From the NCBI GenBank assembly GCA_944392265.1, contig CALXWC010000005.1:737-64736 (forward strand): a DNA stretch of 64,000 nt, given 5' to 3'. Of this stretch, positions 29,405 through 39,908 are shown in pieces. Source of the DNA: an uncultured Alphaproteobacteria bacterium. GTDB lineage: Bacteria; Pseudomonadota; Alphaproteobacteria; RF32; CAG-239. The first letter of the stretch is position 1. Each line of letters begins with the position of its first letter. The translations under genes and the position numbers were made by a program. The notes below the pieces were generated by a model. The model searched no databases. It saw nothing but the letters and a program-made list of their open reading frames with translations, and was not told the origin of the DNA.

Positions 29405-29918
29405 AGAAGATATTGATCTTTGGCAAGAAACTGTTCAAGACGTTCAACAAACAAAAAGCAAAGAATATATTGAAAAACCTTTGCCAGAGAGCATCATCAT
29501 CCGCAATTCCATCAATCCGACTTCCGTATATCAAGGAAATCCGTTGGAAGAATTGTCTATTGGGCAAACAAACAATATTGATAAAAAAACCGCTCAAAAA
29601 TTCAAACGAGGCGAATTCAAAATTGAGCGCCGTCTAGACTTACACGGTTTTACGGAAAATGAGGCTTGGGATGCCGTTACAAACTTTATCAAAAATGCAT
29701 ATCTTGATAATCTCAGATGCGTTATTATTGTAACGGGAAAAGGTTTATCTCACCCCGATGATGAAGATTATATGCCAAGAAGAGGAATTTTGAAAGAAAA
29801 AGTTCCTTTATGGTTAAACTCAAAAGAATTAAGACCCCTTATTTTAAGCATGAGCTATGCTCAAGTAAAAGACGGCGGAAGCGGCGCATTATATGTTCTT
29901 CTCCGCCGCAAAAGATAA
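29376..29918 (+). CDS. Smr-domain protein
   Basis: 180 aa. Smr core LDLHGFTENEAWDAV...IIVTGKG. Confidence 0.8.
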   Translation: MKKQPPKISKEDIDLWQETVQDVQQTKSKEYIEKPLPESIIIRNSINPTSVYQGNPLEELSIGQTNNIDKKTAQKFKRGEFKIERRLDLHGFTENEAWDAVTNFIKNAYLDNLRCVIIVTGKGLSHPDDEDYMPRRGILKEKVPLWLNSKELRPLILSMSYAQVKDGGSGALYVLLRRKR

Positions 29919-29955
29919 TATATTTTATCTAAAAAAAACAAATCATTTCAGAATC

Positions 29956-30597
29956 TTAAATAAAAAACTCACACTTTCCATCAGTATAAAAAACACTGTT
30001 CACCAAAGGATATTTTTCTTTGTTGGGCAAGTTAAAATGCCACCATTCATGCGGCAAAGAGAGTAAACCCACAGTTTCCATCATCTGGCGCAACATATCT
30101 CTGTTTTTTATTTTCTTTGCGTCTTCAGGAGCATTCCAAGAATATTTTGCTTTTTCTAAATGCTTATAAAATTCATCAACCTCGCCTTGTACCACTTGTT
30201 TAGCATATTTTTCTTCATATGCATCCACTGCACAAGGGAAATCAAGCTCATTACCGTTATTATCAAGCAAAGTCACATCTATGGCAGAAGCATGACAATG
30301 CTGAGAAAGTTCTGCCGATTGAGCAAAAAAACCTTTCATTGGCACAATTTTTTTCATCAAATCAAAAGCCTCTTTAGGGCGGTATGCATCACAAATTTTG
30401 AGCTTGAATTGATTTTCACGCAAAATCGGGATTAATTTTTGCAGACAAAACCATAAATCCGGCTGAACAAAACACCTGTTTCCCATTCCAATTATAGAAT
30501 AAACATCTTTTAAGAGCATATTTTCTTTTTTGGCATACATGAGGTCCACAACGAACACATCATCAGAGATAATTTCAACCAGATTTATTTTTTTCAT
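29956..30597 (-). CDS. ddpX: D-alanyl-D-alanine dipeptidase (VanX/DdpX, peptidase M15D)
   Basis: 213 aa. Motifs CDAYRP, SQHCHASAIDVTL and PHEWWHF characteristic of the VanX family. Confidence 0.8.
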   Translation of the reverse strand: MKKINLVEIISDDVFVVDLMYAKKENMLLKDVYSIIGMGNRCFVQPDLWFCLQKLIPILRENQFKLKICDAYRPKEAFDLMKKIVPMKGFFAQSAELSQHCHASAIDVTLLDNNGNELDFPCAVDAYEEKYAKQVVQGEVDEFYKHLEKAKYSWNAPEDAKKIKNRDMLRQMMETVGLLSLPHEWWHFNLPNKEKYPLVNSVFYTDGKCEFFI

Positions 30598-30608
30598 AAT
30601 CTTTTCCT

Positions 30609-30652
30609 AAAAAACAAAAAAGCACCCAGATTTCTCAAAGGTGCTTTTTTTT
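30609..30652. terminator. Bidirectional terminator downstream of rplI (-)
   Basis: a-run, agcacc-loop-ggtgct, ttttttttt. Confidence 0.65.
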
Positions 30653-30672
30653 CAAACGAATTTCTTCAATTC

Positions 30673-31164
30673 TTATTCAGCTGAAACAGAATAAGCTTTT
30701 GCTTGTTTAGCAGCATCGTCATCTGTACGAGCTACGTTAACCAAAATAGTTTGGCTAACTTCTGGGTGCAAGTTGAGTTTAACTTCATAAACACCCAAAT
30801 CTTTAATAGCATTTTCCAAATAAACTTGTTTGCGTTCAACAGCAAAACCTTTTTCTTTAATTGCAGCAGCAATGTCACGAATAGTAACAGAACCGTACAA
30901 TTGACCGGTTTCTGCAGCTTGACGAATCAAAACAGCGCTGAAACCTTTCAAAGATTCAGCCAATTTAGAAGCTTCATCAAACAAAGCTTTGTTGTGAGCT
31001 TCCAATTCAGCTTTTTGTTTTTCATAGTAAGCAACGTTTGCTTCAGTTGCGCGCAAAGCTTTGCGTTGCGGCAAGAGGTAGTTACGAGCATAACCGTTTT
31101 TAACAGTTACTTTGTCACCCATTTTACCTAATTTTTCAACATGTTCCAAAAGAATTACTTCCAT
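30673..31164 (-). CDS. rplI: 50S ribosomal protein L9
   Basis: 163 aa. MEVILLEHVEKLGKMGDKVTVKNGYARNYLLPQ. Confidence 0.95.
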   Translation of the reverse strand: MEVILLEHVEKLGKMGDKVTVKNGYARNYLLPQRKALRATEANVAYYEKQKAELEAHNKALFDEASKLAESLKGFSAVLIRQAAETGQLYGSVTIRDIAAAIKEKGFAVERKQVYLENAIKDLGVYEVKLNLHPEVSQTILVNVARTDDDAAKQAKAYSVSAE

Positions 31165-31178
31165 TTTAACTCTCCTTA

Positions 31179-31406
31179 TTAATCAGCAACAAACGGAAGC
31201 AAAGCAATGTAACGAGCACGTTTGATGGCTCTTGCTAATTCTCTTTGCTTTTTAGCAGAAACAGCTGTGATACGACTAGGAATGATTTTGCCTTTTTCAG
31301 AAATATAACGAGAAAGCAATTTTACATCTTTGTAGTCAATTTGCAAAGCGTCTTCACCAGAAAACGGGCATGCTTTTTTTCTTTTAAAGAATACTTGTTT
31401 AGCCAT
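31179..31406 (-). CDS. rpsR: 30S ribosomal protein S18
   Basis: I prefer the start [17 protein letters not shown] (ATG complementary to 31404-31406). The longer track ORF would overlap rpsF. Confidence 0.9.
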   Translation of the reverse strand: MAKQVFFKRKKACPFSGEDALQIDYKDVKLLSRYISEKGKIIPSRITAVSAKKQRELARAIKRARYIALLPFVAD

Positions 31407-31416
31407 GTCTATACTC

Positions 31417-31746
31417 CTATTCTTCACCTGCGTCAGAATTGTTAGCATTTTCGCTGCTCAATTCATCAACTTTAATAGTCATATAACGAATGATATCTTC
31501 GTTAAATCTCATTTGTCTTTCATATTCAGCAACAGCAGCAGCCGGAGCAGCAATATTCAAAACAACATAGTAACCTTTACGGTTTTTCTTAACACGGTAA
31601 GCAAGGTTTTTCAAACCCCAGTTGTCAACTCTAACAACTTCACCACCATTGTTGGCAATAACATTGCTCAAATCAGAAACAATAGTGTTTACTTGAGATT
31701 GACCGAGGTCTTGACGTGCAATTAACACGCTCTCATAAAATGACAT
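31417..31746 (-). CDS. rpsF: 30S ribosomal protein S6
   Basis: 109 aa. [13 protein letters not shown]... aaggag ribosome-binding site upstream. Confidence 0.95.
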   Translation of the reverse strand: MSFYESVLIARQDLGQSQVNTIVSDLSNVIANNGGEVVRVDNWGLKNLAYRVKKNRKGYYVVLNIAAPAAAVAEYERQMRFNEDIIRYMTIKVDELSSENANNSDAGEE

Positions 31747-31978
31747 TCTATAATCTCCTTATGGATTCTCAACAAATGGCCAAAATATTTTATTTTGACC
31801 GGTTAATGTATAGCCGACGGACTCTGCCGCCAGCAAGGGACGAAGGCAAATATATACCAAAACTTTAATTTTGCAAGCATTTTTCACTTGAAAAAAGCAA
31901 TAATATGAGATTATTTTTATACATTCTTAAGAACTTCACTTTATAATTTAATATATTTAACAAGTAATAGCTGAAAAT

Positions 31979-32305
31979 ATGATGAAAAAACTTTCTTTTC
32001 TTTTTTGTTTAATTTTATGTTCCTGCACATGGCAAGAAAATTCCATCTTGCCAAGTTTATACAGCAAAAAAACATATGGAAACGACCAAAAACAAATCAT
32101 TTTGCAACATCCGACCAGCCGAATTGTTGCCACTTGTTATAATTCCGATGCGGTTTCAACGGAAGAATGCGCCCAAATTTTTGAAAAGAAAGGTTATGTT
32201 CGTTTAAGAGATATTCCGAGCAAAACGGCAAATTATGATTTTCTAAAAACAGATACTTATCCAACCCGTCGCTGGCGAGACAATGAAATTACACCAAGGT
32301 GGTAA
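31979..32305 (+). CDS. Hypothetical small lipoprotein
   Basis: 108 aa. MMKKLSFLFCLILCSCTWQ lipobox-like signal. 3-nt spacing to comM suggests co-transcription. Confidence 0.5.
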   Translation: MMKKLSFLFCLILCSCTWQENSILPSLYSKKTYGNDQKQIILQHPTSRIVATCYNSDAVSTEECAQIFEKKGYVRLRDIPSKTANYDFLKTDTYPTRRWRDNEITPRW

Positions 32306-32308
32306 GAT

Positions 32309-33832
32309 ATGATTTCACGCATAAACACCATTGCTTTTAACGGGTTAGAGGTCTTAAATGTAGATTTACAAGTTCAAATTTCTTCAGGTCTTCCGGCTTT
32401 CACGATTGTTGGCCTTCCCGATAAAGCCGTGGCAGAAAGCAAAGAGCGTGTCAGAGCAGCCTTAAATTCTTTAGGTTTAAGCTTACCGGCAAAAAGAATA
32501 ACCGTTAATTTAGCGCCGGCAGATTTGTTAAAAGAAGGTTCTCATTTTGATTTGCCCGTAGCCTTAGGAATTTTAACCAACATGGGCGTCATTCCCATGG
32601 AAGAAACCGACAAATACATTGTCTTAGGTGAGCTGGGATTAGACGGCAGTATTATTTCCGTGAACGGTGTTCTGCCCGTTGCCATTAAGGCCAATGAACA
32701 AAATAAAGGTTTGATTTGTCCGGAAAAACAAGGAAGCGAAGCCGTTTGGGCCGGATTAAAAGACGTTATTGCCGCCAATAACTTATTACAGCTCATCAAT
32801 CACTTCAAAGGTTCTCAAATTATCCCTCAACCGGAAGCCAAAAGAGCAGAAGAAAAGTTGCTTGAACTGGACTTAAAAGATGTAAAAGGTCAGGAAAGTG
32901 CAAAAAAAGCCTTAGAGGTTGCAGCTGCCGGAGCACATAATATGCTAATGATTGGACCTCCGGGGTCTGGAAAATCTATGTTAGCCCAAAGATTAATCAG
33001 CATTTTACCACCCTTATCTCCCAAAGAAGCTTTGGAAACCAGCATGATTCACTCCATTGCCGGAGAGTTAAAAGACGGTAAAATCTCTTTCCAAAGACCA
33101 TACAGAGATCCGCACCATTCCGCCTCAACTCCGGCACTGGTCGGTGGTGGACGCAAAGCCACCCCCGGAGAAATCTCTTTGGCGCACAACGGTGTGTTAT
33201 TTTTGGATGAGTTGCCTGAATTTAACAAAAGCACGTTAGAGGCTTTAAGGCAACCTCTTGAAAACGGTTGTGTCAGCATCTCAAGAGTTAATGCCCACAC
33301 GATTTATCCGGCAAAATTTCAGTTAATAGCTGCCATGAACCCCTGCCGATGCGGACATTTTGGCAATCCGGAATTAGAATGCTCAAGAGCACCTCTTTGC
33401 GCAGAAGAATATCAAAACAAAATCTCAGGACCACTGCTTGACAGAATAGATATCACCATTGAAGTTCCGGCTGTTAGTCCGTGGGATTTGGCAAATGTAA
33501 AAGAAACAGAAAGTTCAAAAGAAATTCTGCAACGCGTTTTGCAAGCCAGAAAAATTCAAGAAAATCGCTTTAAAAAGCTTAATTATCCCCAGCTTAAAAC
33601 CAATTCTGAGCTCAAAGGAGAGCTTTTGGAAGAAGTTTGCATCCTTGAAAATGACGCAAAACAGCTACTTATAAGCTTTGCTGAAAAAAATCACCTCTCA
33701 GCAAGGGCTTATCACCGCACTTTACGGTTAGCAAGAACAATTGCAGACTTGCAAAATTGTGAAAATATACTTAAACTGCATATTGCAGAGGCTTTATCTT
33801 ACCGAAAGATAAGGCCGTTAAAACGTATTTAA
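32309..33832 (+). CDS. comM: YifB/ComM family Mg-chelatase-like AAA+ ATPase
   Basis: 507 aa. Lon-protease-like N-domain, Walker A GPPGSGKSMLAQRL, C-terminal Mg-chelatase subunit ChlI-like region. Confidence 0.88.
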   Translation: MISRINTIAFNGLEVLNVDLQVQISSGLPAFTIVGLPDKAVAESKERVRAALNSLGLSLPAKRITVNLAPADLLKEGSHFDLPVALGILTNMGVIPMEETDKYIVLGELGLDGSIISVNGVLPVAIKANEQNKGLICPEKQGSEAVWAGLKDVIAANNLLQLINHFKGSQIIPQPEAKRAEEKLLELDLKDVKGQESAKKALEVAAAGAHNMLMIGPPGSGKSMLAQRLISILPPLSPKEALETSMIHSIAGELKDGKISFQRPYRDPHHSASTPALVGGGRKATPGEISLAHNGVLFLDELPEFNKSTLEALRQPLENGCVSISRVNAHTIYPAKFQLIAAMNPCRCGHFGNPELECSRAPLCAEEYQNKISGPLLDRIDITIEVPAVSPWDLANVKETESSKEILQRVLQARKIQENRFKKLNYPQLKTNSELKGELLEEVCILENDAKQLLISFAEKNHLSARAYHRTLRLARTIADLQNCENILKLHIAEALSYRKIRPLKRI

Positions 33833-33848
33833 TTGGAGTATAAAACAA

Positions 33849-36800
33849 ATGAAATTGTCTCGGTTGGTAAATATGATGCTTTTGTCTACGGCAATTGTAT
33901 CTTGTTCAGACTTAAAAAGTCCTGATTTGGTTCCTTGTATGTGCGATGGCACAGAAAAAACACTCGGACTTTTTGAATGTATGTGTGAACCAGGTAAGAA
34001 AAAACCTGTAAAAAGAAGAGCTTATATTCAAAATGAGCCCAAAATTGACCCAACCCAAGAACAACTTAACGCTTATGCTTATTTGCATCAGTCAAGAAAT
34101 CAATATGCTCCGGTTAAGCTTGATTATGTGGACTTTCGTATTCCGAAAGGTCAATACTATGAACAATATACCAACAAATTAGGAAATTATCGTTTCAGAA
34201 TTTTTGGCTGCCGCAGATTTGATAAAGAAGTATTCTTAAATCAAGGTCGTGCTATGCAAAAAGACATGAAGTTCTTTGATATTTTCTACGAGACAATGAA
34301 CGACTACTACCCTGTTGTGGTTGAAAAGAACAATCCATACTATATGTACTCAGACAAAGCTCAAGCCGAATACGTTTTAACTGCAGAAATTAATGACTAT
34401 TTCATGAATGTTTGTGATGAGTTTGATTGGGATAATGTCAAGAAAAAAGACTTGCGTACCGGCACCTCAGAAATGACCGTTACATGGAGATTAATGGATT
34501 TAACCAAGAACAAAGTATATTGCAAAGGCACCACAACCGGTTATGGTGAAATGAAAGACGGCGAATATAAAGGCGAAGTCTTGCTTGTGGAACGCGCTTT
34601 TGCCGATGCTTTGAGCAAATTACCTCAAATAAAATGCTACAATGAAAGCTTAGCTCAAAGAGTTAAACCTGAAGTTATTGAAAAACAATTAGCTCAAATC
34701 AAAGCTCAAGAAAAGAGCAAGATTACATTCAAAAATCAATATGCTGAAGAGTTAAACGGTGTAAATGCTTTACAAAGCTGTGGTTCAAAAGATTTGAAAC
34801 CGCAAGATTTACTTCCGGCAAGCATCAAAGATTCAACTTTTTCTTATGAAAACAGCAATACAAATTTTGCCTATGAAAACGGCAATACAAAATCTTCCGT
34901 CAAATTTGCATCTGATGTAGAAAACAACCTTATCAAAGGATACATCAACGAGGAAGGAAAATTTGTCATTGTTGATGACAAAGGAAATGTTGTTGAAGAT
35001 GCCAACTTTGAAAGCAATGCAAACTTTGTATCTGACATGGGTGATAGCGTAGCCAAAGGTCAAATCATCTCCGGTTATGTTGATGAAAATGGCAAATTTG
35101 TTGTTGTAGATAACGGAGATACTAAATCAAAATACGCTTACATCTCCGAAAACGGCGGTTCAGACATTAAAAACAACATCATCAAAGGCTATATTGATGA
35201 AAAAGGAAAATTTGTCATTGTTGATGACAATGGAAACATTATTGAAAATGCCAACTTTGAAAGCAATGCAAACTTTGTATCTGACATGGGTGACAGCATA
35301 GCCAAAGGTCAAATCATCTCCGGATACATTGACGAAAACGGTAAATTTGTTGTTGTAGACAATGGAGATACAAACAGCCGTTACGCTCAAATCACCGAAA
35401 GAGGAGACGTTTTGAGCAAAGGTCGTTCTGCGTCAGGTTATATTGATGAAAACGGCAAGTTTGTTATTGTTGATGAAAGAGGCAATGTTTCAGGCAAAGG
35501 TCAAACCTTAAAAGGCTATGTTGACGAAAGTGGTAAATTTGTTGTCATCAACTCTTCTGTTGAAGAAAAAGGCGGCTTCAAAGAAACCGGACGCATCTTC
35601 AAAGGTTATATGGATGAAGACGGTAATTTTGTTACCCTTTCAAGCAAAACTCAAGCCAACATCAAAACTGAAAACAACCAATGCGGTAAACAACGCAACT
35701 TAGCCGGATACATTGATGACAACGGCGGTTTTGTTGCGATTAACAGTGCCGTATCAGAAAGAGGAGATGTTGTTGGCTGCGGTCAATTGCTCAATGGTTT
35801 CATTAATGAAAGACAAGAGTTTGTCTTAATTGATGAAGCTGGCGGCGCAGAAGGCAGAGGTTATGAAATTGCCGGTATGATTGAAGCAGACGGTAGATTT
35901 ACATCTAAAGCCGCTATTGAAGAAAGAAGCGGCGGAATGTCTAAGTTCAATAGCTTTGCTCAATCTCAAACAAAAAAATTGCGCTTAAATGATAACTGCA
36001 GTGAGGTTACCATTGGTGAAGCTGGCTGCACATCAATTAAGGTTGCAGATAACACCATCAAATATAATGATGATTATTGGATTGATATGCCGATAGAAGA
36101 AAATTCCGGCAGCGTTGCTATCCAAAACAGATTAGCGGCAGAAAAGATGTATTCTGACAGCTACTCTAACTTCTGCATCCAAAGTGTTAAACCATATGAG
36201 AGTTTATCACCGCAAAATATGTATCGTTTAAGAGCATCTGTTGTTTCTGTTGAAAACCCAAGCGGTAAGAAAGGTGCAGGTTTGATTATATCTGACCAAT
36301 TGATTTTAACATCAGCTGATTTGGTAGACAAACAACAAAATCGCTTTAACATCAAAACCATTAACGGTATGGATTATACGGGTTCAGCATTCAGAGTTAA
36401 CCCAAATAAAAACGTTGCTTTGATTTTACTTGATGAAAAAACCAAGTTTAATCCATTGCCATTGAGATTGAACTTACCTGAAGTCGGCAAAGAAATGTTT
36501 ATGACCTTAGGCCTACTTGACTTTGACCAAGGCGAAAACTATTTAGAGACTGAGGGTGAAGTTATTGGTTATCGTTATTCTGAAGACAAAGGCGCAGAAA
36601 TTATCGTAAATACCTTTGTTCAAACTCAAACATTGGGTAGTTCTTTGATTGATAAGAACGGAAACGTAACCGGATTATCTCACTCAGGTATCAGAACCAA
36701 GGAAGGCGGAGATTTGTTTATTCCGATTGAAACAGCCTTGAAGAGCGTTGGTTTGAATATTTGCGGTGTTAAATTCACCAACAAAAAACCAATTGCCTTA

Positions 36801-36890
36801 AAAGCTATTGATAAGCCTGTTTCAACTGCCATTGACAATTCAAAGGGCAGCAAAGCTCCAAAAGCCATGAGTGTAAAGGAAAGAAAATAG
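33849..36890 (+). CDS. Large multidomain lipoprotein: CsgG/LpoB-like N-domain, WG-like beta-repeat array, C-terminal degenerate trypsin-like (S1/Trypsin_2) domain
   Basis: 1013 aa. Lipoprotein signal ([11 protein letters not shown]). The region [32 protein letters not shown] resembles the CsgG/LpoB family. About 11 tandem units of type [17 protein letters not shown]. The C-terminal region aligns to the degP protease core of this window, but with ILTSADLVD in place of IITNNHVID and [10 protein letters not shown] in place of TDIALIKID. GSS is retained. Confidence 0.8.
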   Translation: MKLSRLVNMMLLSTAIVSCSDLKSPDLVPCMCDGTEKTLGLFECMCEPGKKKPVKRRAYIQNEPKIDPTQEQLNAYAYLHQSRNQYAPVKLDYVDFRIPKGQYYEQYTNKLGNYRFRIFGCRRFDKEVFLNQGRAMQKDMKFFDIFYETMNDYYPVVVEKNNPYYMYSDKAQAEYVLTAEINDYFMNVCDEFDWDNVKKKDLRTGTSEMTVTWRLMDLTKNKVYCKGTTTGYGEMKDGEYKGEVLLVERAFADALSKLPQIKCYNESLAQRVKPEVIEKQLAQIKAQEKSKITFKNQYAEELNGVNALQSCGSKDLKPQDLLPASIKDSTFSYENSNTNFAYENGNTKSSVKFASDVENNLIKGYINEEGKFVIVDDKGNVVEDANFESNANFVSDMGDSVAKGQIISGYVDENGKFVVVDNGDTKSKYAYISENGGSDIKNNIIKGYIDEKGKFVIVDDNGNIIENANFESNANFVSDMGDSIAKGQIISGYIDENGKFVVVDNGDTNSRYAQITERGDVLSKGRSASGYIDENGKFVIVDERGNVSGKGQTLKGYVDESGKFVVINSSVEEKGGFKETGRIFKGYMDEDGNFVTLSSKTQANIKTENNQCGKQRNLAGYIDDNGGFVAINSAVSERGDVVGCGQLLNGFINERQEFVLIDEAGGAEGRGYEIAGMIEADGRFTSKAAIEERSGGMSKFNSFAQSQTKKLRLNDNCSEVTIGEAGCTSIKVADNTIKYNDDYWIDMPIEENSGSVAIQNRLAAEKMYSDSYSNFCIQSVKPYESLSPQNMYRLRASVVSVENPSGKKGAGLIISDQLILTSADLVDKQQNRFNIKTINGMDYTGSAFRVNPNKNVALILLDEKTKFNPLPLRLNLPEVGKEMFMTLGLLDFDQGENYLETEGEVIGYRYSEDKGAEIIVNTFVQTQTLGSSLIDKNGNVTGLSHSGIRTKEGGDLFIPIETALKSVGLNICGVKFTNKKPIALKAIDKPVSTAIDNSKGSKAPKAMSVKERK
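34921..35418 (+). repeat. Intragenic tandem duplication, two ~249-bp copies at ~90% nucleotide identity inside the large lipoprotein gene, continuing into more diverged copies to ~35840
   Basis: Copy 1 begins aaaacaaccttatcaaaggatacatcaacgag at 34921. Copy 2 begins aaaacaacatcatcaaaggctatattgatgaa at 35170. Long identical stretches gccaactttgaaagcaatgcaaactttgtatctgacatgggtga. The antisense ORFs 34833..35063 and 35160..35390 are near-duplicates because of this. Confidence 0.85.
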
Positions 36891-36894
36891 TTTT

Positions 36895-37416
36895 ATGACA
36901 ACGATATTATGTATCAGAAAAGGCTCTGAAGTGGTTATGGCCGGTGACGGTCAAGCCACTTTGGGCGAGGCTATTGTTTTTAAGTCCAAATCCATTAAGG
37001 TCAGACGCATCGGAAACGGCAACATCATTGCCGGATTTGCCGGTGCAGCCGCAGACGGCATTACCTTGATTGAAAGACTTGAAGCCAAGTTGGAAAAACA
37101 CGCTAATCAATTAAAACGAGCCGCCGTTGAGCTTGCTAAAGATTGGCGTATGGATAAATATTTGCGCCAATTACAAGCTTATATGATTGTGGCCGATAAA
37201 GATGTTTCTTTGGTGTTAAACGGCACCGGAGAAGTCATGGAACCAGATGACGGCATCATCGGTATTGGCTCTGGCGGAAATTATGCCATGGCCGCAGCTA
37301 AAGCTTTGTATGATATTGAAGGCTTAAGCTTAGAAGAAATCGCACAAAAAGCCATGAAGATTGCCGGCGATATCGATATTTATACCAACCATAATGTTAT
37401 CATAGAGAAAGTTTAA
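36895..37416 (+). CDS. hslV: ATP-dependent protease subunit HslV
   Basis: 173 aa. [10 protein letters not shown] with N-terminal catalytic Thr. Followed by hslU. Confidence 0.95.
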   Translation: MTTILCIRKGSEVVMAGDGQATLGEAIVFKSKSIKVRRIGNGNIIAGFAGAAADGITLIERLEAKLEKHANQLKRAAVELAKDWRMDKYLRQLQAYMIVADKDVSLVLNGTGEVMEPDDGIIGIGSGGNYAMAAAKALYDIEGLSLEEIAQKAMKIAGDIDIYTNHNVIIEKV

Positions 37417-37422
37417 GATAAA

Positions 37423-38730
37423 ATGGCTATGTACAGTCCTCGTGAAATTGTATCCGAACTGGATAGATACATCATTGGCCAAAATGAGGCCAAAAAAGCA
37501 GTTGCCGTAGCTTTACGCAACCGCTGGAGAAGAATGCAGGTTGAACCCAGATTAAGAGATGAAATTGTTCCAAAAAATATTTTGATGGTAGGACCAACCG
37601 GTGTTGGTAAAACAGAGATTTCCAGACGTTTGGCCAAGTTAGCCAAAGCACCGTTTGTCAAGGTTGAGGCCACCAAATTTACCGAAATCGGCTATGTCGG
37701 TAGAGATGTTGAAAGCATCATCCGTGACTTGGTTGAAATTTCTTTGAACAATACCCGTAAAGAAATGCGCAAATCTGTTACCGCAAAAGCAGAGTTGGCA
37801 GCCGAAGACCGTGTTTTGGAAGCTTTGGTTGGTAGTTCAGCCAGTGATGACACTAAGCAAAAGTTTAGAAAACTCTTGCGTGAAAATCAGTTAAACGACA
37901 GAGAAATTGAAATCAGCGTTCAAGACAATTCCAATGCCTCTATGCCCACCATTGATATTCCAGGCATGCCCGGTGCGCAAATGGGCATGATTAGCTTGGG
38001 CGACTTATTGGGTGGAACCGGCATCAAATATAAAACCAAAAAGATGAAAGTCGGTGAGGCTTATGATGTTTTAATTGCCGAAGAATGCGATAAGCTCTTG
38101 GACAATGACCAAATCACCAAAGCCGCAATTGAAGCTGTTGAAAATGACGGTATCGTATTTATTGATGAGATTGATAAAATTACCGGAAAATCAGAAAATA
38201 TGCGCGGGGATGTCTCAAGAGAAGGCGTACAAAGAGATTTGTTGCCTTTGATTGAAGGCACAACCGTTTCCACCAAATACGGCATGGTTAAAACCGACCA
38301 TATTTTATTCATCTGCTCCGGTGCGTTTCATCTTGCAAAGCCGTCAGACTTATTGCCCGAATTGCAAGGCCGATTGCCTATTCGTGTTGAGTTAAAAGCC
38401 TTAACTCATGAAGACTTTGTCCGCATTTTAACCGAACCGGAAGCAAACCTCATCGAGCAATATACCGCTTTGCTTAAAACCGAAAACTTTGATATTGAGT
38501 TTGAAAAAGCTGCAATTGATAAAATTGCCGATATTGCGGTTGAGATTAATGAAAATGTGGAGAATATCGGTGCTCGCCGTTTGCATACGGTTATGGAAAT
38601 TTTGCTTGAAGATATCAGCTTTAATGCCTCAGACAGAAGCGGTCAAAAAGAAGTGATTACCGCTGAGTTTGTAGAACAAAAATTGATGAAGTTCACACAA
38701 GCCACCGATTTATCAAAATTCATTCTGTAA
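37423..38730 (+). CDS. hslU: ATP-dependent protease ATPase subunit HslU
   Basis: 435 aa. Walker [19 protein letters not shown]-domain, sensor motifs. Confidence 0.95.
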   Translation: MAMYSPREIVSELDRYIIGQNEAKKAVAVALRNRWRRMQVEPRLRDEIVPKNILMVGPTGVGKTEISRRLAKLAKAPFVKVEATKFTEIGYVGRDVESIIRDLVEISLNNTRKEMRKSVTAKAELAAEDRVLEALVGSSASDDTKQKFRKLLRENQLNDREIEISVQDNSNASMPTIDIPGMPGAQMGMISLGDLLGGTGIKYKTKKMKVGEAYDVLIAEECDKLLDNDQITKAAIEAVENDGIVFIDEIDKITGKSENMRGDVSREGVQRDLLPLIEGTTVSTKYGMVKTDHILFICSGAFHLAKPSDLLPELQGRLPIRVELKALTHEDFVRILTEPEANLIEQYTALLKTENFDIEFEKAAIDKIADIAVEINENVENIGARRLHTVMEILLEDISFNASDRSGQKEVITAEFVEQKLMKFTQATDLSKFIL

Positions 38731-39872
38731 TGAAATTAAAAGATATGAATGCCGAAACTTTACCCGATTTAAGCCGCGAGGACAATTCCGTAAAGTTCGG
38801 CATTTATATTCATTGGCCTTTTTGCCTGAGCAAATGCCCTTATTGCGACTTTTTCAGTCAAATTAAAAAAGATGTTGAGCAAGAAACAATCATCAAAGAA
38901 TATATTGATGATTTAGATTTTTATGCCGAAAAAACCGGTGATAGAGTTGTTGAAAGCATTTTTTTTGGTGGCGGCACACCATCTTTAATTAAGCCTAATT
39001 TAATTGAAAAGCTCATCAATCACATTCATCAAAAATGGAAGTGCAAAAAAGACATTGAAATATCGTTGGAAGCCAACCCCAATAGCGATAGAAAAAATCT
39101 GTTTGCTGATTTAAGACAAGCCGGAATTAACCGCTTATCTTTGGGTGTACAGGCTTTGAACGATAAAGATTTAAAGTTTTTGGGCAGAACGCATAATTTA
39201 GAGCAAGCCTATACAGCCATAGATGAGGTTTTGCAAAACTTTGATAATCATTCTTTTGATTTGATTTACGCCCGCCCCGAACAAACTTTAAGTGCTTGGC
39301 AAGATGAGATTAAACAAGCTGTAAACTTTGGTTTCAAACATTTGTCCATGTATCAACTGACCATTGAAGAAGGTACTGTTTTTTATAAAAAACAAGTGGA
39401 AGCCGCCGAGGAAGATAAAGCCCGAGAAATGTATCTGTTCACCAACCAATATTTGCAAGAAAACGGCTATCCGCAATATGAGGTTTCCAACTATGCCAGA
39501 AAGGGTTTTCCAAGCCGTCATAACTTATTATATTGGCAAGGCGACGATTATCTAGGCATGGGCAAATCAGCGCACGGACGCCTAAAAATCGGCAATAAAT
39601 TCTATGCTTTGACTCACCGCCGCCAAGAAGAGGAAATTTCAGCGCAAGAACGTGCCGAAGAGTTGATTATTATGGGTTTGCGCTTGAATGAGGGTATAAG
39701 CAAAGAAAAGTTTTATAATGTCTGCGGAATTAAATTGGCAGATTTTATTAATCAAAAAAATTTGGCTGAGCTTAAAGCAGAAAATCTGATAGAAGAAACT
39801 CAAACCCACCTTCTTGCCACAAATGAAGGCAGATTAATCTTAAACAAACTCATAGAAGACTTGTGTGCATAA
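38730..39872 (+). CDS. hemW: Radical-SAM heme chaperone HemW (coproporphyrinogen-III-oxidase-like)
   Basis: 380 aa. CxxxCxxC (CLSKCPYCDF) and HemN-like C-terminal domain. Confidence 0.85.
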   Translation: MKLKDMNAETLPDLSREDNSVKFGIYIHWPFCLSKCPYCDFFSQIKKDVEQETIIKEYIDDLDFYAEKTGDRVVESIFFGGGTPSLIKPNLIEKLINHIHQKWKCKKDIEISLEANPNSDRKNLFADLRQAGINRLSLGVQALNDKDLKFLGRTHNLEQAYTAIDEVLQNFDNHSFDLIYARPEQTLSAWQDEIKQAVNFGFKHLSMYQLTIEEGTVFYKKQVEAAEEDKAREMYLFTNQYLQENGYPQYEVSNYARKGFPSRHNLLYWQGDDYLGMGKSAHGRLKIGNKFYALTHRRQEEEISAQERAEELIIMGLRLNEGISKEKFYNVCGIKLADFINQKNLAELKAENLIEETQTHLLATNEGRLILNKLIEDLCA

Positions 39873-39908
39873 AAAAGCACTCTTCCATAAACTTATTTTG
39901 CATCCATA

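Noticed and set aside
31801-31860. GC-rich block in the rpsF upstream region considered as a possible tRNA or small structured RNA gene
   Set aside because: No cloverleaf can be drawn. There is no GTTC-type T-arm and no CCA or acceptor pairing. It is kept only as a possible leader structure in the findings.
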